Shown: piece by piece, positions 7,997 through 17,900 of the stretch
How the letters are laid out: each line of letters starts with the position of its first letter
How positions within the stretch are numbered: the first letter of the stretch is position 1
NCBI GenBank assembly: GCA_039961715.1
Contig: JABRVW010000100.1
Span: forward strand, 3,333-67,332
Direction: 5' to 3'
DNA length: 64,000 bases
Source: Ignavibacterium sp.
GTDB taxonomy: Bacteria > Bacteroidota > Ignavibacteria > UBA10030
Position numbers and translations under genes: made by a program
The notes under the pieces: model-generated
What the model was told of the DNA's origin: nothing
What the model saw: the letters and a program-made list of their open reading frames with translations, nothing else
Database searches by the model: none

Positions 7997-8896
7997 ATGT
8001 CTCTCAGACCTGTAAAACAGATCATTCAATCCCAACCCACGCTCGAAGGAGCCGGCGTGAAGCTGAGGCGGGCGTTCGGGTTCGGCAAAACCGGCGATTT
8101 CGATCCTTTCCTCCTGTTGGACGATTTCCGCAATGAGAATCCGGACGATTACAGAGCCGGCTTCCCGTGGCACCCTCATCGAGGCATTGAGACGATCACG
8201 TACGTCCTCACAGGAACGGTCGAGCACGGCGACAGCCTGGGAAACAGTGGAATGCTTGGCGCAGGCGACGTCCAGTGGATGACAGCCGGACGGGGCATTC
8301 TGCACCAGGAAATGCCCAAAGGCGACCCACAGGGGCGCATGCACGGTTTCCAGCTCTGGGCAAACCTGCCCTCATCCCTCAAAATGACGAAGCCGCGATA
8401 CCAGGATGTGCCGTCGGCGGAAATCCCCCAGGTTGGCGATGACGATGGAACAATCGTGCGCGTCATTTGCGGCTCATTCTGGGGCAAACGCGGCCCAGTC
8501 GATGGCATCGCCGCGGATCCGCGGTACCTTGACGTCTGGGTCCCGCCCGGAAGGCGCAAGACCCTCCCGGTGGATACCTACAACAACGCGTTTGCTTACG
8601 TGTTCGAAGGTTCGGGATCGTTCCGTGGAGCCTCCGATCCCCTTCCGGTAAAGACCGAGATTGCCGGGACGGACGAAACCGTACTTTCCGAGGTCAGCAA
8701 CAGGTCCCTCGTCCTCTTCGATACTGGCGACGAAATCAGCGTCCAGGCCGGGGACCGCGGAATACGGTTTCTGCTGGTTTCCGGACGGCCGATTCAGGAA
8801 CCGGTCGCATGGGCCGGCCCCATTGTGATGAACACAGTCGCCGAGCTGAAGCAGGCCTACGCCGAGCTGAATGACGGGACGTTCATCAAGGACTGA
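7997..8896 (+). CDS. pirin family protein
   Basis: Bicupin pirin motifs are present: FPWHPHRGIETITYVLTG..EH.DS.GN and DVQWMTAGRGILHQEMP. Confidence 0.9.
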   Translation: MSLRPVKQIIQSQPTLEGAGVKLRRAFGFGKTGDFDPFLLLDDFRNENPDDYRAGFPWHPHRGIETITYVLTGTVEHGDSLGNSGMLGAGDVQWMTAGRGILHQEMPKGDPQGRMHGFQLWANLPSSLKMTKPRYQDVPSAEIPQVGDDDGTIVRVICGSFWGKRGPVDGIAADPRYLDVWVPPGRRKTLPVDTYNNAFAYVFEGSGSFRGASDPLPVKTEIAGTDETVLSEVSNRSLVLFDTGDEISVQAGDRGIRFLLVSGRPIQEPVAWAGPIVMNTVAELKQAYAELNDGTFIKD

Positions 8897-8908
8897 CCCA
8901 CGTCATCC

Positions 8909-9370
8909 ATGAGTCCGAACCCACCCGCACTGGCATCCTCAGTAAAGTTTGAACGCTTCGAGATCCCTGTGACGATCGGGCCTGCCGACATTGACCGGCT
9001 CGGCCACGTCAATAATGTGGTGTACGTGCGATGGGTCCAGGATGCCGCGGTGGCCCATTGGAAGGCCCGCGCGACGCAGGAACAACAGGAGAAGTATCTC
9101 TGGGTTGTGGTGCGCCACACAATCGAATACAAGCGGTCTGCACAGAAGGATGATGCCATCCTTGTCCGCACCTGGGTCGGAAAGGCAAGCGATCTGACCT
9201 TCGAGCGGCACACCGAAGTCTTGCGTGAACGGGATCGGAAGGTTCTCGCGACCGCCACAACCGTCTGGTGCCCTGTCCACCCGGAGACTCTCAAACCTGT
9301 GAGAGTCACCGCCGACGTTCGCGAGCGATTTTCCGTTCCAGAGACGGAAACAGAAACGGAAAGATCGTGA
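8909..9370 (+). CDS. acyl-CoA thioesterase, hotdog fold (YbgC/4HBT-like)
   Basis: The D-x-x-GHVNN motif (DIDRLGHVNNVVYVRW) is typical of the 4HBT thioesterase family. Confidence 0.8.
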   Translation: MSPNPPALASSVKFERFEIPVTIGPADIDRLGHVNNVVYVRWVQDAAVAHWKARATQEQQEKYLWVVVRHTIEYKRSAQKDDAILVRTWVGKASDLTFERHTEVLRERDRKVLATATTVWCPVHPETLKPVRVTADVRERFSVPETETETERS

Positions 9371-9876
9371 TTCAACGCCTCGAGAGAGATTTCCTTGTTC
9401 ACTTCCTCGCCGCGGTCGCCTATCGAACGCAAAAGGCAATCCGCGGAGCTCCGGAACCCTTCTGGACGTTTTCTGCCGGGAATCAAGTCCGCACACCGGC
9501 TGAGATTCTCCGGCATATGACCAGCGTGCTGGGATATGCCCGGACGTTCATTCTGGGCGGTGAGTATCCGCGGGCACCCGAACCCCTGGGTGATATGGCC
9601 GCCGAGATCGAACGGTTTCACGATTTTCTTGAGGATCTCGGCAGGCTCCTCCGCGGGGGAGCCACGCTGAACGGGATCACCGAGAGACAACTGCTCCAGG
9701 GCCCGTTTTCCGATGTCATGACGCATGCCGGACAACTTGCCCTCCTCCGCCGTCTTCACGGCTCTCCCGTGCCCCCAGAGAACTTCATCTATGCCGACAT
9801 CTCCCCCGACCGGCTGGGATCTGATCAGGCACCGCCATTGCGCCCTGACAAGGATTGGCCCGAAAAGCCGCGCTGA
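9367..9876 (+). CDS. DinB-like four-helix-bundle protein
   Basis: The RHM..VL...R and MTHAGQL..LRR patterns resemble the DinB/YfiT family. A GTG start at 9367 overlaps the upstream stop (GTGA). The ORF-track N-terminal 33 aa overlap the thioesterase gene. Confidence 0.55.
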   Translation: MIQRLERDFLVHFLAAVAYRTQKAIRGAPEPFWTFSAGNQVRTPAEILRHMTSVLGYARTFILGGEYPRAPEPLGDMAAEIERFHDFLEDLGRLLRGGATLNGITERQLLQGPFSDVMTHAGQLALLRRLHGSPVPPENFIYADISPDRLGSDQAPPLRPDKDWPEKPR

Positions 9877-10134
9877 ACCTTGCACAGGTGAGCTGTTTTC
9901 CGTATTCTTTCATTCATGAACCTCACGTCGTCTTTGCGCTTCTTGTCGGGCGTTCTCCATTTCACCGGATGTCAGCCCAGAACGGGAGATGACCGGGTTT
10001 CGTCCGAATTTCCACTGAAATACTTCCTCGTGTCGATCAATCAGCGGGCCGTCACAGTCTGTGGAATCAGGAGCAAGGCCATCAACTACCGGATGCTCGA
10101 CACCGAGATCCGCAGAAAGTGAAGGAGCATCCAT

Positions 10135-10530
10135 ATGCTGGAGAACCTTGCAGAATTGTATACCCATGCTGGAGAATGGGGAGATCCAATTCTCATTGCC
10201 ACCGCCGCGCTGTTCCTGGCGGGATGGGTCATGCTGTTCACGGTCAGAATGGTCAAGAGGTTTGTTTTTTATTCAGTCGTTGCCCTCGTTTTGCCCAACG
10301 CGGTCGGCATCGTGGGCTATGTGGAATCGATCGAGGACTTCGAGGAGACCGTCCTTGAGCGGGCCGAGGATCTTTCCGGCTCCGCGGGCGACACAATGGA
10401 AGATTTTTCCACATCCCCTCTTTACCTTGGTTTGATCGGAAGCTTCCTCACGCTCATCCCGGGACTCCTGGGCCTTATGAGGTCGCGCAAGGGTCAGCAG
10501 GATCACCGTCGCGAGAACTCATCCTCTTAG
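10135..10530 (+). CDS. hypothetical membrane protein (about 3 TM segments)
   Basis: A strong RBS (AAGGAG) sits 7 nt upstream of the ATG. It has hydrophobic helices and an acidic loop. No family is recognised. Confidence 0.5.
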   Translation: MLENLAELYTHAGEWGDPILIATAALFLAGWVMLFTVRMVKRFVFYSVVALVLPNAVGIVGYVESIEDFEETVLERAEDLSGSAGDTMEDFSTSPLYLGLIGSFLTLIPGLLGLMRSRKGQQDHRRENSSS

Positions 10531-10584
10531 GCCTTTCCTTGCATTTCTCAGTCTTATCGGCTATTCTATGCAGCAATCATTGCC

Positions 10585-11820
10585 ATGAAAGGACTATTCA
10601 TGAAACGAGCTGCCTTCGCCGGTTTCCTTCTCCCCCTTCTTCTCTCTTTCACCGGCGCACAGTCCAACCTACCGGACGCCAGCCTAGCAAACAAGGCCGT
10701 TCGGCTGGCCCACGAATTCATCATCGTCGACGGTCATGTTGACATTCCGTACCGCCTGAAGAACCGCTATGAGGACATTTCCGTCCGTACCCCGGGTGGT
10801 GACTTCGATTACGTTCGTGCACGCGAGGGCGGTTTGGATGCCCCGTTCATGTCGATCTACATTCCCTCGGATCGCGAAAACAATGGTGCAAAGGCCCTGG
10901 CCGACACGCTCATTGACATGGTGTACGAGTTTCAGCGGAAGTGGCCCGACAAGTTTGCCGTGGCAACGTCCGTCGACGACGTTCGGAGAAATTTTGCAAA
11001 GGGCCTGATTTCACTCCCGATGGGAATGGAGAACGGCGCACCGCTCGAGGGCAGGCTGGAGAACCTGAAATACTTCCACGAGCGCGGCATTCGCTACATC
11101 ACGCTCACCCACGGCAGGGATAATCACATCTCCGATTCGTCCTACGATACGACGCGAACCTGGAAGGGGCTGAGTCCGTTCGGCAAGATGGTTGTTGCGG
11201 AAATGAACCGTCTGGGCATCATGGTCGACGTGTCCCACATTTCCGACGATGCTTTTTGGCAGGTCATCAAGCTCACGCGGGCACCCGTCATTGCTTCCCA
11301 TTCGTCCTGCAGGGCGTTCACGCCGGGATTCGAGCGAAACATGTCCGATGACATGATCAAAGCCCTGGCAAAGAACGGCGGCGTCATCATGATCAATTAC
11401 GGCTCTTCCTTCCTCAGCAAGGAATTCCAGGAGAAGGAAGATATCGTTCGTTCCCAGGTGCGCCGTTACATGAGGGAGAATAAGCTTTCGTTTGGAGATC
11501 CCGCCGTTGAGGCCTATTTTGCAAAGATGAAGCAGGAACACGGTCTTGAGAACGCCGACGTCAGCATCGTTGCAGACCATATCGATCATGTGGTGAAACT
11601 GGTGGGAATCGACCATGTCGGCCTCGGATCCGATTTCGACGGTGTCGGTCCGACGCTTCCCATCGGCCTCGAAGACGCCTCAAAAATCCCGAATCTGATT
11701 CATATTCTTCTTGAGCGGGGCTATTCAGACGAAGACATCCGCAAGATCTGCGGAGAAAATGCCCTGCGCGTCTGGTCGAAGGTGGAGGAGGTGTCAAAGA
11801 AGCTCATGGGGATGAAATGA
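10585..11820 (+). CDS. membrane dipeptidase, peptidase family M19, with signal peptide
   Basis: Contains IIVDGHVDIPYRL, TLTHGRDN, VDVSHISD, ASHSS and GLGSDFDGV, the renal-dipeptidase metal-ligand motifs. There is an N-terminal signal sequence. Confidence 0.85.
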   Translation: MKGLFMKRAAFAGFLLPLLLSFTGAQSNLPDASLANKAVRLAHEFIIVDGHVDIPYRLKNRYEDISVRTPGGDFDYVRAREGGLDAPFMSIYIPSDRENNGAKALADTLIDMVYEFQRKWPDKFAVATSVDDVRRNFAKGLISLPMGMENGAPLEGRLENLKYFHERGIRYITLTHGRDNHISDSSYDTTRTWKGLSPFGKMVVAEMNRLGIMVDVSHISDDAFWQVIKLTRAPVIASHSSCRAFTPGFERNMSDDMIKALAKNGGVIMINYGSSFLSKEFQEKEDIVRSQVRRYMRENKLSFGDPAVEAYFAKMKQEHGLENADVSIVADHIDHVVKLVGIDHVGLGSDFDGVGPTLPIGLEDASKIPNLIHILLERGYSDEDIRKICGENALRVWSKVEEVSKKLMGMK

Positions 11821-12701
11821 AGACGATCCTTGCCGCTCTGGCCCTCCTCGCTTCCGCCTGTCTGGCTCAACCCAGCCTGAAAGTCCTCATCTCTGTTGAT
11901 ATGGAGGGCGTGGCAGGGGTGGTAACGGGCGACCAGCTTTCGCCCGACGGGTTCGAGTATCAGAGGTTCAGGGAGTTCATGACCGCCGAAGCCATGGCGG
12001 CGGTCACGGCCGCAAAGGAAGCGGGGGCGACCGAAATCCTTGTGGTGGACGCCCACGGCAACGGGCAGAATCTGCTGATTGACCGGTTTCCGGAAGACGT
12101 CCGGATCATCCGCTCCTGGCCCCGTCGCTTCGGGATGGTGGCAGGCATCGACGAGACGTTCGATGCAGTTCTGTTTATTGGGTACCACTCTTCCACCAAC
12201 AACTCAAAGGGCGTCCGCGCCCACACATTTTCCAGCGCACGCCTGACAGGGGTGCGCCTCAACGGCAAAACCATGACCGAAGGTTCCTGGAATGCGGCCA
12301 TCGCAGGCCATTTCGGCGTACCGGTTGTGATGATCTCGGGTGACGATGCTGTCCTCAAGGAAGTACGGGATGAGATCGGGCCTATTGCGGGAGCCGAGGT
12401 CAAGCAAAGCCTGGGTTTCCATTCGGCAAACACGCTGACTCCCGGCGCGGCCAGGGCCGTGATTGCAGCAGCGGTCAAGGAGGGATTGGCGAGGAGGGGG
12501 GAGTTGAAACCGTACATCCTCAAACCTCCCGTCACCCTGGAGGTGACGTTCAAGCATTATCTGGTGTCAGAAGTTCTGGGGTACCTGAGAGGGGTTGAGC
12601 GGGTCAATTCCCACACGATTCGTTACAGAGGAAAGGACATGACAGAGGTTGCGGACTTCATGGTATTCCTCACGAACTACAGTTTGTCGCTTGAACCCTA
12701 G
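11817..12701 (+). CDS. D-aminopeptidase DppA family (peptidase M55), with signal peptide
   Basis: ISVDMEGVAGV and VVDAHGNG motifs are present. The start overlaps the upstream stop (ATGA). Confidence 0.85.
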   Translation: MKTILAALALLASACLAQPSLKVLISVDMEGVAGVVTGDQLSPDGFEYQRFREFMTAEAMAAVTAAKEAGATEILVVDAHGNGQNLLIDRFPEDVRIIRSWPRRFGMVAGIDETFDAVLFIGYHSSTNNSKGVRAHTFSSARLTGVRLNGKTMTEGSWNAAIAGHFGVPVVMISGDDAVLKEVRDEIGPIAGAEVKQSLGFHSANTLTPGAARAVIAAAVKEGLARRGELKPYILKPPVTLEVTFKHYLVSEVLGYLRGVERVNSHTIRYRGKDMTEVADFMVFLTNYSLSLEP

Positions 12702-12709
12702 ACTTCTCC

Positions 12710-13573
12710 CTACGGTTGAGTAAGCCTCCGCTTGTTGCTTCCATCCGCGTTCATCATCCATAATCCCCCCTCCGTTTCTTCGGTGTTCGTGTAAACAATC
12801 CTGCTCCCGTCCGGGCTCCAGGCCGGGTAATCACCTCCCTGCGACGTCAATTGGGCAAACTGATCCGAACCCGGCGAGTAGGTACGAATCTGCGAACGGT
12901 CCGAGAAATTGAACGGCCGTGCGCTGAACAGGATCACATTTTGGACGGGATTCTTCGACATGAAGCCATAGTCGAAGGACGAACTGAATTGTTTGATGAC
13001 AGTGGGATTCGAACCCGTCGTATCCATCACCTCAATCGTGTAGAGCGCGAGGTTGAATCCCCCGGCGCTTCCGACCAGATAGAGAATCGTGCTGTCGGAA
13101 AGCCACGTGGGAAAGTCCCCGAATGACTTGATCGGCGTTGCCTGCTTCGTTGCTACATTGAGAATCCATATCCCGTCGCTCCGGTACACGATCTTCGATC
13201 CGTCAGGAGACCAGGCCGGACGCAGATTCTGCGAGGTGAACGTCAATTGTGTTGCGCTGTCTCCATTGGCTTTCATCATCCAAAGATTTCCGTTCGCCGA
13301 GAACGCAAGCCATTTTGAGTCCGGCGACCAGCTGATACCGACGCCCTCTCCGGAGCGCACCTTCACGGGATTGGCCCCCGAAGAGTCGATGACATAGATA
13401 CCCTCTTCCCCCGGCGTTTGGTTGGTATACGCAATCGAGAGTCCATCAGGCGACCAGGAAGGTCGGATATGGAAATAGGCCTCCCTGACGAGGAACGAGT
13501 TTTCATTCGGGCTGGTGCAGGACATGAAAAGAAGAACGCCCGTCACCAGCACGGCAGAGTTCGACGGTTTCAT
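12710..13573 (-). CDS. TolB-like beta-propeller lipoprotein (PD40 repeats)
   Basis: Repeated WSPDG motifs (SWSPDGLSIAY, SWSPDSKWLAF, AWSPDGSKIVY, AWSPDGSRIVY). Lipobox LFMSC. The start is taken at MKPSN. Confidence 0.75.
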   Translation of the reverse strand: MKPSNSAVLVTGVLLFMSCTSPNENSFLVREAYFHIRPSWSPDGLSIAYTNQTPGEEGIYVIDSSGANPVKVRSGEGVGISWSPDSKWLAFSANGNLWMMKANGDSATQLTFTSQNLRPAWSPDGSKIVYRSDGIWILNVATKQATPIKSFGDFPTWLSDSTILYLVGSAGGFNLALYTIEVMDTTGSNPTVIKQFSSSFDYGFMSKNPVQNVILFSARPFNFSDRSQIRTYSPGSDQFAQLTSQGGDYPAWSPDGSRIVYTNTEETEGGLWMMNADGSNKRRLTQP

Positions 13574-13672
13574 ATCGCTAGTATAATCCTTCTGCAAGTG
13601 ATTTTCAAGGCTTAACCTTGACATTGCGCACCTCGTTCAACAGATTGCCTTTCCCTTTGACTGGAGGAAAAT

Positions 13673-14788
13673 ATGAACCTGTTTGGATTGCTTCGATGGA
13701 CAATGCTTTTTGTAATGATGACAGCCCCCGGCCTGTCCCAGGATCGGCCCCGCCTTCGGGATCTGGGCGTTGCGGTGGGAATCTTTGAACCCGGTCCGTT
13801 GAATGCCATCACCGATGTTGGCGGCGTCCTCGTGGGCCATGTCACGCTCACGTTTGGTGATTCGGTCAGAACCGGTGTCACGGCGGTGCTCCCCCACGCG
13901 GGCAACCTGTTTGCCCGCAAAGTCACGGCCGCGATCGAAATTGGCAACGGTTTCGGAAAGCTTATCGGCTACAGTCAGGTGGCAGAGTTGGGGCAGATCG
14001 AGACGCCGATCGTCCTCACGAACACGTTGAGCGTTTGGGACGCAGCGAACGGCATTGTGGACTACATGCTGGCTCATTCGGAGAATGTCGACGTCCGGTC
14101 CATCAATCCGGTGGTTGGCGAAACGAATGACGGTACTCTGAACGATATCCGTGGGAGGCATGTTTCACGTCTTCACGTTGTGCAGGCGATCCGCGCGGCG
14201 TCTGGCGGCCCGGTGGCTGAGGGGTGCGTGGGTGCAGGAACCGGGACGGTATGCTTTGGATGGAAAGGTGGAATCGGAACGAGTTCCCGAAGACTTCCGC
14301 AATCGCTGGGCGGATACACCGTCGGCATTCTCGTTCAAACGAATTATGGCGGGATATTGGATCTGGCCGGAGTTCCGGTGGGCAAGGAGCTCGGCAAGTA
14401 CAGCTTTCGCCGCCAGATTGAGGGGTCTACTGACGGGTCCTGCATGATTATCGTGGCTACGGATGCGCCTGTCACCGTACGCCAAATCCAGCGCCTGGCC
14501 AGGCGCGCGACGCTGGCCCTCGGCCGTACAGGTTCGGCCATGAGCCATGGGAGCGGCGATTATGTCATCGCGTTTTCCGTCGCAGAACCCCGGGGAATTG
14601 CAGACCACGAGATTTCGGCGCTCTTCCAGGCTGTGGTCGAGGCAACCGAGGAATCAATCCTGAATTCCCTCCTGAAGGCAACCGATACCAAGGGGTACGC
14701 GGGCAGAGAGGCAAAGGCATTGCCTGTTGATGCGGTTGCGGAATTGTTAAGGCAGTACGGAAGAGTCAGCGGGAAGGACGGGCGATAG
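13673..14788 (+). CDS. DmpA/BapA-type aminopeptidase (peptidase S58), with signal peptide
   Basis: [25 protein letters not shown] and GAGTG...G.KGGIGTSS motifs of the S58 Ntn-hydrolase family are present. Confidence 0.85.
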   Translation: MNLFGLLRWTMLFVMMTAPGLSQDRPRLRDLGVAVGIFEPGPLNAITDVGGVLVGHVTLTFGDSVRTGVTAVLPHAGNLFARKVTAAIEIGNGFGKLIGYSQVAELGQIETPIVLTNTLSVWDAANGIVDYMLAHSENVDVRSINPVVGETNDGTLNDIRGRHVSRLHVVQAIRAASGGPVAEGCVGAGTGTVCFGWKGGIGTSSRRLPQSLGGYTVGILVQTNYGGILDLAGVPVGKELGKYSFRRQIEGSTDGSCMIIVATDAPVTVRQIQRLARRATLALGRTGSAMSHGSGDYVIAFSVAEPRGIADHEISALFQAVVEATEESILNSLLKATDTKGYAGREAKALPVDAVAELLRQYGRVSGKDGR

Positions 14789-15917
14789 AAGCCCCTTCGT
14801 GCTCCATCATTTCCACAAAGCGCGCGAAGAGATAATCGCTGTCATGAGGACCCGGAGATGCCTCGGGGTGGTACTGGACGGAGAACAGAGGCAACTCGCG
14901 ATGCCTCAGCCCCTCATTCGTCTGATCGTTGAGATTCACGTGCGTCACTTCGATCGACGCATCCAGGGAGGCGGGATCAACGGCGAACCCATGGTTCTGC
15001 GAGGTAATCTCGATCTCTCCCGTCTGGAGGTTCTTCACGGGATGATTAGCCCCACGGTGGCCGAACTTCAGCTTGAAAGTCTTCCCCCCAAGTGCGAGCG
15101 CCAACAATTGGTGGCCGAGGCAGATGCCGAAGATGGGTTTCTTGCCGATCAGGCGCTTGAGGTTTTCAATGGCATACCGTACAGCCGCCGGATCGCCCGG
15201 TCCGTTGGAAAGAAATATCCCGTCCGGCTCCATTTCAAGCACCTGCTCCGCTGTGTGTGACGAGGGAACAACGGTGAGCGAGCATCCATACGAGGCCAGT
15301 CTGCGAAGAATGTTTCGCTTGACTCCGTAGTCGAACACAACGACATTCCACCGTTTCCCATTCATCTTTCTTGAGGCGAGCGGCGCCAGAGCGAACGGGG
15401 TGCGGTCCACATCCTCCCACCGGTATGGCTTGCCGGTTGTTACCACCTTCGTCAAATCCCACCCCTCCATCTCCTGCGATGAGCGTGCTTTCGCAAGCAA
15501 GCGTTGGTCATCAAGATCCGACGAAGAGATTACGGCCCGCATCGCCCCGGACGTCCTGATGATCTTCGTGAGCATCCGCGTATCCACACCTTCGATTCCC
15601 GGGATGCCATGTTCCTTCAGCCACTCCCCCAGGCTTCCCGTTGCGCGGAAGTTGCTGTAGACATCGAAATACTCCTTCACGACAAACCCCGCAACCTGGG
15701 GTTTCACGGATTCCAGATCGTCCGGATTGATACCGTAGTTGCCGATATGCGGGTGGGTCATCGTGACGATTTGACCCGCGTAGGAAGGATCGGTGAGAAT
15801 TTCCTGATAGCCGGTGATGCTGGTGTTGAAAACTACTTCGCCTGTCGATTCGGCCTGAGCGCCGAACGACGTCCCTTCAAATACGACTCCATTCTCCAGT
15901 ACCAGCTTGGCCTTCAA
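14766..15917 (-). CDS. carA: carbamoyl-phosphate synthase small (glutaminase) subunit
   Basis: [17 protein letters not shown] in the N-domain. The GATase triad context GICLGHQ and QYHPE is present. The 3' end overlaps the DmpA gene by 23 nt (convergent). Confidence 0.95.
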   Translation of the reverse strand: MKAKLVLENGVVFEGTSFGAQAESTGEVVFNTSITGYQEILTDPSYAGQIVTMTHPHIGNYGINPDDLESVKPQVAGFVVKEYFDVYSNFRATGSLGEWLKEHGIPGIEGVDTRMLTKIIRTSGAMRAVISSSDLDDQRLLAKARSSQEMEGWDLTKVVTTGKPYRWEDVDRTPFALAPLASRKMNGKRWNVVVFDYGVKRNILRRLASYGCSLTVVPSSHTAEQVLEMEPDGIFLSNGPGDPAAVRYAIENLKRLIGKKPIFGICLGHQLLALALGGKTFKLKFGHRGANHPVKNLQTGEIEITSQNHGFAVDPASLDASIEVTHVNLNDQTNEGLRHRELPLFSVQYHPEASPGPHDSDYLFARFVEMMEHEGASIARPSR

Positions 15918-16148
15918 CGCAGTTTCTCAGAGGTGAGCGTTGCACCAAGATACTCAGATTTCGTGCCTGAATCAACACGATCATGCCAGTTTCTCAAATC
16001 GTAACGGAGACTCCGGCGGCTTCGCATGCTTACGATCGCATCGATAGATCAGGAATTGCAGTCGAATGGAACTTGCGTCATGAATGCAATCACGTTTGTG
16101 GCCGTCACGCTCATTGAGGCAGGGTGTTTTATCATTCGAAAGCATTAT

Positions 16149-16177
16149 CTTGACAAGCGTCATAAAAATCGTTAAAT
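16149..16177 (+). promoter_or_regulatory. putative hrcA operon promoter (TTGACA-17 nt-TAAATT)
   Basis: TTGACA at 16149-16154 and TAAATT at 16172-16177, 27 nt upstream of the hrcA ATG. Confidence 0.35.
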
Positions 16178-16203
16178 TTTCTTGGATTTTTCGGGATTTT
16201 TCG

Positions 16204-17250
16204 ATGGAAAGAGATATTACAACGGAAGATCTGAACAAGCGCGAACGCGAAATCCTTAAGCACGTGGTGTACAATTACATCCGAACCGCGTCCCCTGTCG
16301 GCTCCCGGTATGTTTCACGGCATTTTGAATCGAACCTCAGTCCGGCAACCATTCGGAATGTGATGGCAGACCTCGAGGAGCAGGGCTTCCTGTCTCATCC
16401 GCACACGTCCGCAGGCAGGATACCCACGGACCGGGGATACCGGTATTACGTGGACTACCTCATGGACATCGAAATGTTGACGGAAAAGGAGAAACAGGCG
16501 ATCGAGGAGCACCTCGGATATACGCCTGATCCGAATGATCTCCTGAGGGAAACCTCGAAGCTCCTGAGCAAGATTTCGCGTCAGCTGAGCGTCGTGTCCT
16601 CTCCTCATCTGAGCAGTGGTGTCTTTGAAAAACTCGAGCTGATCCCAATCACAAGTTCCCGTCTCCTCGTCGTCATGTCCATCCGATCCGGCCTTGTCCG
16701 GACGATCATGATGGAGGTGGGCTCCGAGGTCCGGCGCGAGGTCCTTGATCGGATTTCCTCCCTGCTGAATGAACGCATTTCAGGTCTGACCCTGCAGGAG
16801 ATCCGTGACACCTTTATCGAACGGGTGCGGGATGTGTCGGACGAGGAGACCGGTCTGGTTCGCCTGTTTGTCGAGTCGGTGGGCAGTCTGTTCAGCGACG
16901 AACGTGATGAAAAATTGCACATTTCCGGCACGAATGCCCTCATTGAACAGCCCGAGTTCGTGGATCCGGCGAATTTCCGGAGCGTGATCGAGCTGATTGA
17001 AAATGAGGATGTGATCGTTCATCTGCTCGAGAAGCACGATGACAGCGGGCGGAACTATGTCATTTCGATTGGCGCCGAGAATGACGAAGCCAGGGCGCGC
17101 GATTACAGTGTTGTCACCGCGAATTATGAATTCAACGGCGTGAGCGGAAAATTGGGAGTCATTGGGCCCAAACGCATGAACTACAGCAAGGTGATCCCGC
17201 TTGTGGATCACGTCGCCCGGGCCGTTGCCAGACTGTTGAATGCATCATGA
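16204..17250 (+). CDS. hrcA: heat-inducible transcription repressor HrcA
   Basis: N-terminal winged helix LNKREREILKHVVYNYIRTASPVGSR and ATIRNVMADLEEQGFL.HPHTSAGRIPT are present. The start is taken at 16204. Confidence 0.9.
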   Translation: MERDITTEDLNKREREILKHVVYNYIRTASPVGSRYVSRHFESNLSPATIRNVMADLEEQGFLSHPHTSAGRIPTDRGYRYYVDYLMDIEMLTEKEKQAIEEHLGYTPDPNDLLRETSKLLSKISRQLSVVSSPHLSSGVFEKLELIPITSSRLLVVMSIRSGLVRTIMMEVGSEVRREVLDRISSLLNERISGLTLQEIRDTFIERVRDVSDEETGLVRLFVESVGSLFSDERDEKLHISGTNALIEQPEFVDPANFRSVIELIENEDVIVHLLEKHDDSGRNYVISIGAENDEARARDYSVVTANYEFNGVSGKLGVIGPKRMNYSKVIPLVDHVARAVARLLNAS

Positions 17251-17891
17251 ATGAGACGGAGAATATGAAGGAACGGGAAGAGAATCAGCCTGAAAGGGAA
17301 CAGGAGGAACGACTGTCGAACGAACAGCATGAGGGTCCAACGCAGGAACAACAGCCTCAGGAGGATACATCCGATCTCGAATCGAGGCTAGCGGCGGCGG
17401 AACAACAGGCGGCGTCCTACAAGGACCTCTTCCTGCGCAAGGCCGCCGAATTTGAGAATTTCAAGAAGCGGACCGAGAACGAAAACGCCCTCCTGATGCG
17501 CTATGCCAACGAGGAGTTGCTTCTCGCGCTGCTGCCTGTCATGGACGATCTGGAGCGGTCGCTCAAGAATGCCCATGATGTCAAGGAAAGTCCGTTCTTT
17601 GCGGGGGTGGAGCTTATCCACCAGAAGCTCCTCAAAGTACTTCATTCATTCAACGTGAAGCCATTCGACACCGTCGGCAAGGAGTTCGATGTTCGGTTTC
17701 ACGATGCTCTCCTCCAGGTGCCCAGGAAGGGGATTCCTCCGCATACCATCCTCGAAGAAGTGGAGCGGGGCTATCTGTACCACGACAAGGTGTTGCGTCA
17801 CGCCAAGGTCATCGTTTCGGCAGAAGGTGGAGACGAGCAGGAAGTCGATGCGGCGGGGGCGGATCGCGAACGCGACTCGAGTGGACGGTAG
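17247..17891 (+). CDS. grpE: nucleotide exchange factor GrpE
   Basis: Acidic N-terminus followed by RKAAEFENFKKRTE and GYLYHDKVLRHAKV. ATGA overlap with hrcA. Confidence 0.9.
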   Translation: MNETENMKEREENQPEREQEERLSNEQHEGPTQEQQPQEDTSDLESRLAAAEQQAASYKDLFLRKAAEFENFKKRTENENALLMRYANEELLLALLPVMDDLERSLKNAHDVKESPFFAGVELIHQKLLKVLHSFNVKPFDTVGKEFDVRFHDALLQVPRKGIPPHTILEEVERGYLYHDKVLRHAKVIVSAEGGDEQEVDAAGADRERDSSGR

Positions 17892-17900
17892 AAAGCATCC

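Noticed and set aside
8857-9885. 342-aa minus-strand ORF across the thioesterase/DinB-like genes
   Set aside because: It is antisense to two plus-strand genes with family motifs, and its sequence is Arg/Ser-rich and low-complexity.
9910-10167. 85-aa minus-strand ORF (and the 68-aa plus-strand ORF at 9916-10122) in the 258-nt gap before the membrane-protein gene
   Set aside because: No RBS and no recognisable motif. The ORF overlaps the start of the RBS-supported gene at 10135. It could be a gene remnant, but I cannot support that.
15918-16203. CIRCE operator upstream of hrcA
   Set aside because: There is no TTAGCACTC-N9-GAGTGCTAA-like inverted repeat. Only a promoter-like element and a short direct repeat were seen.
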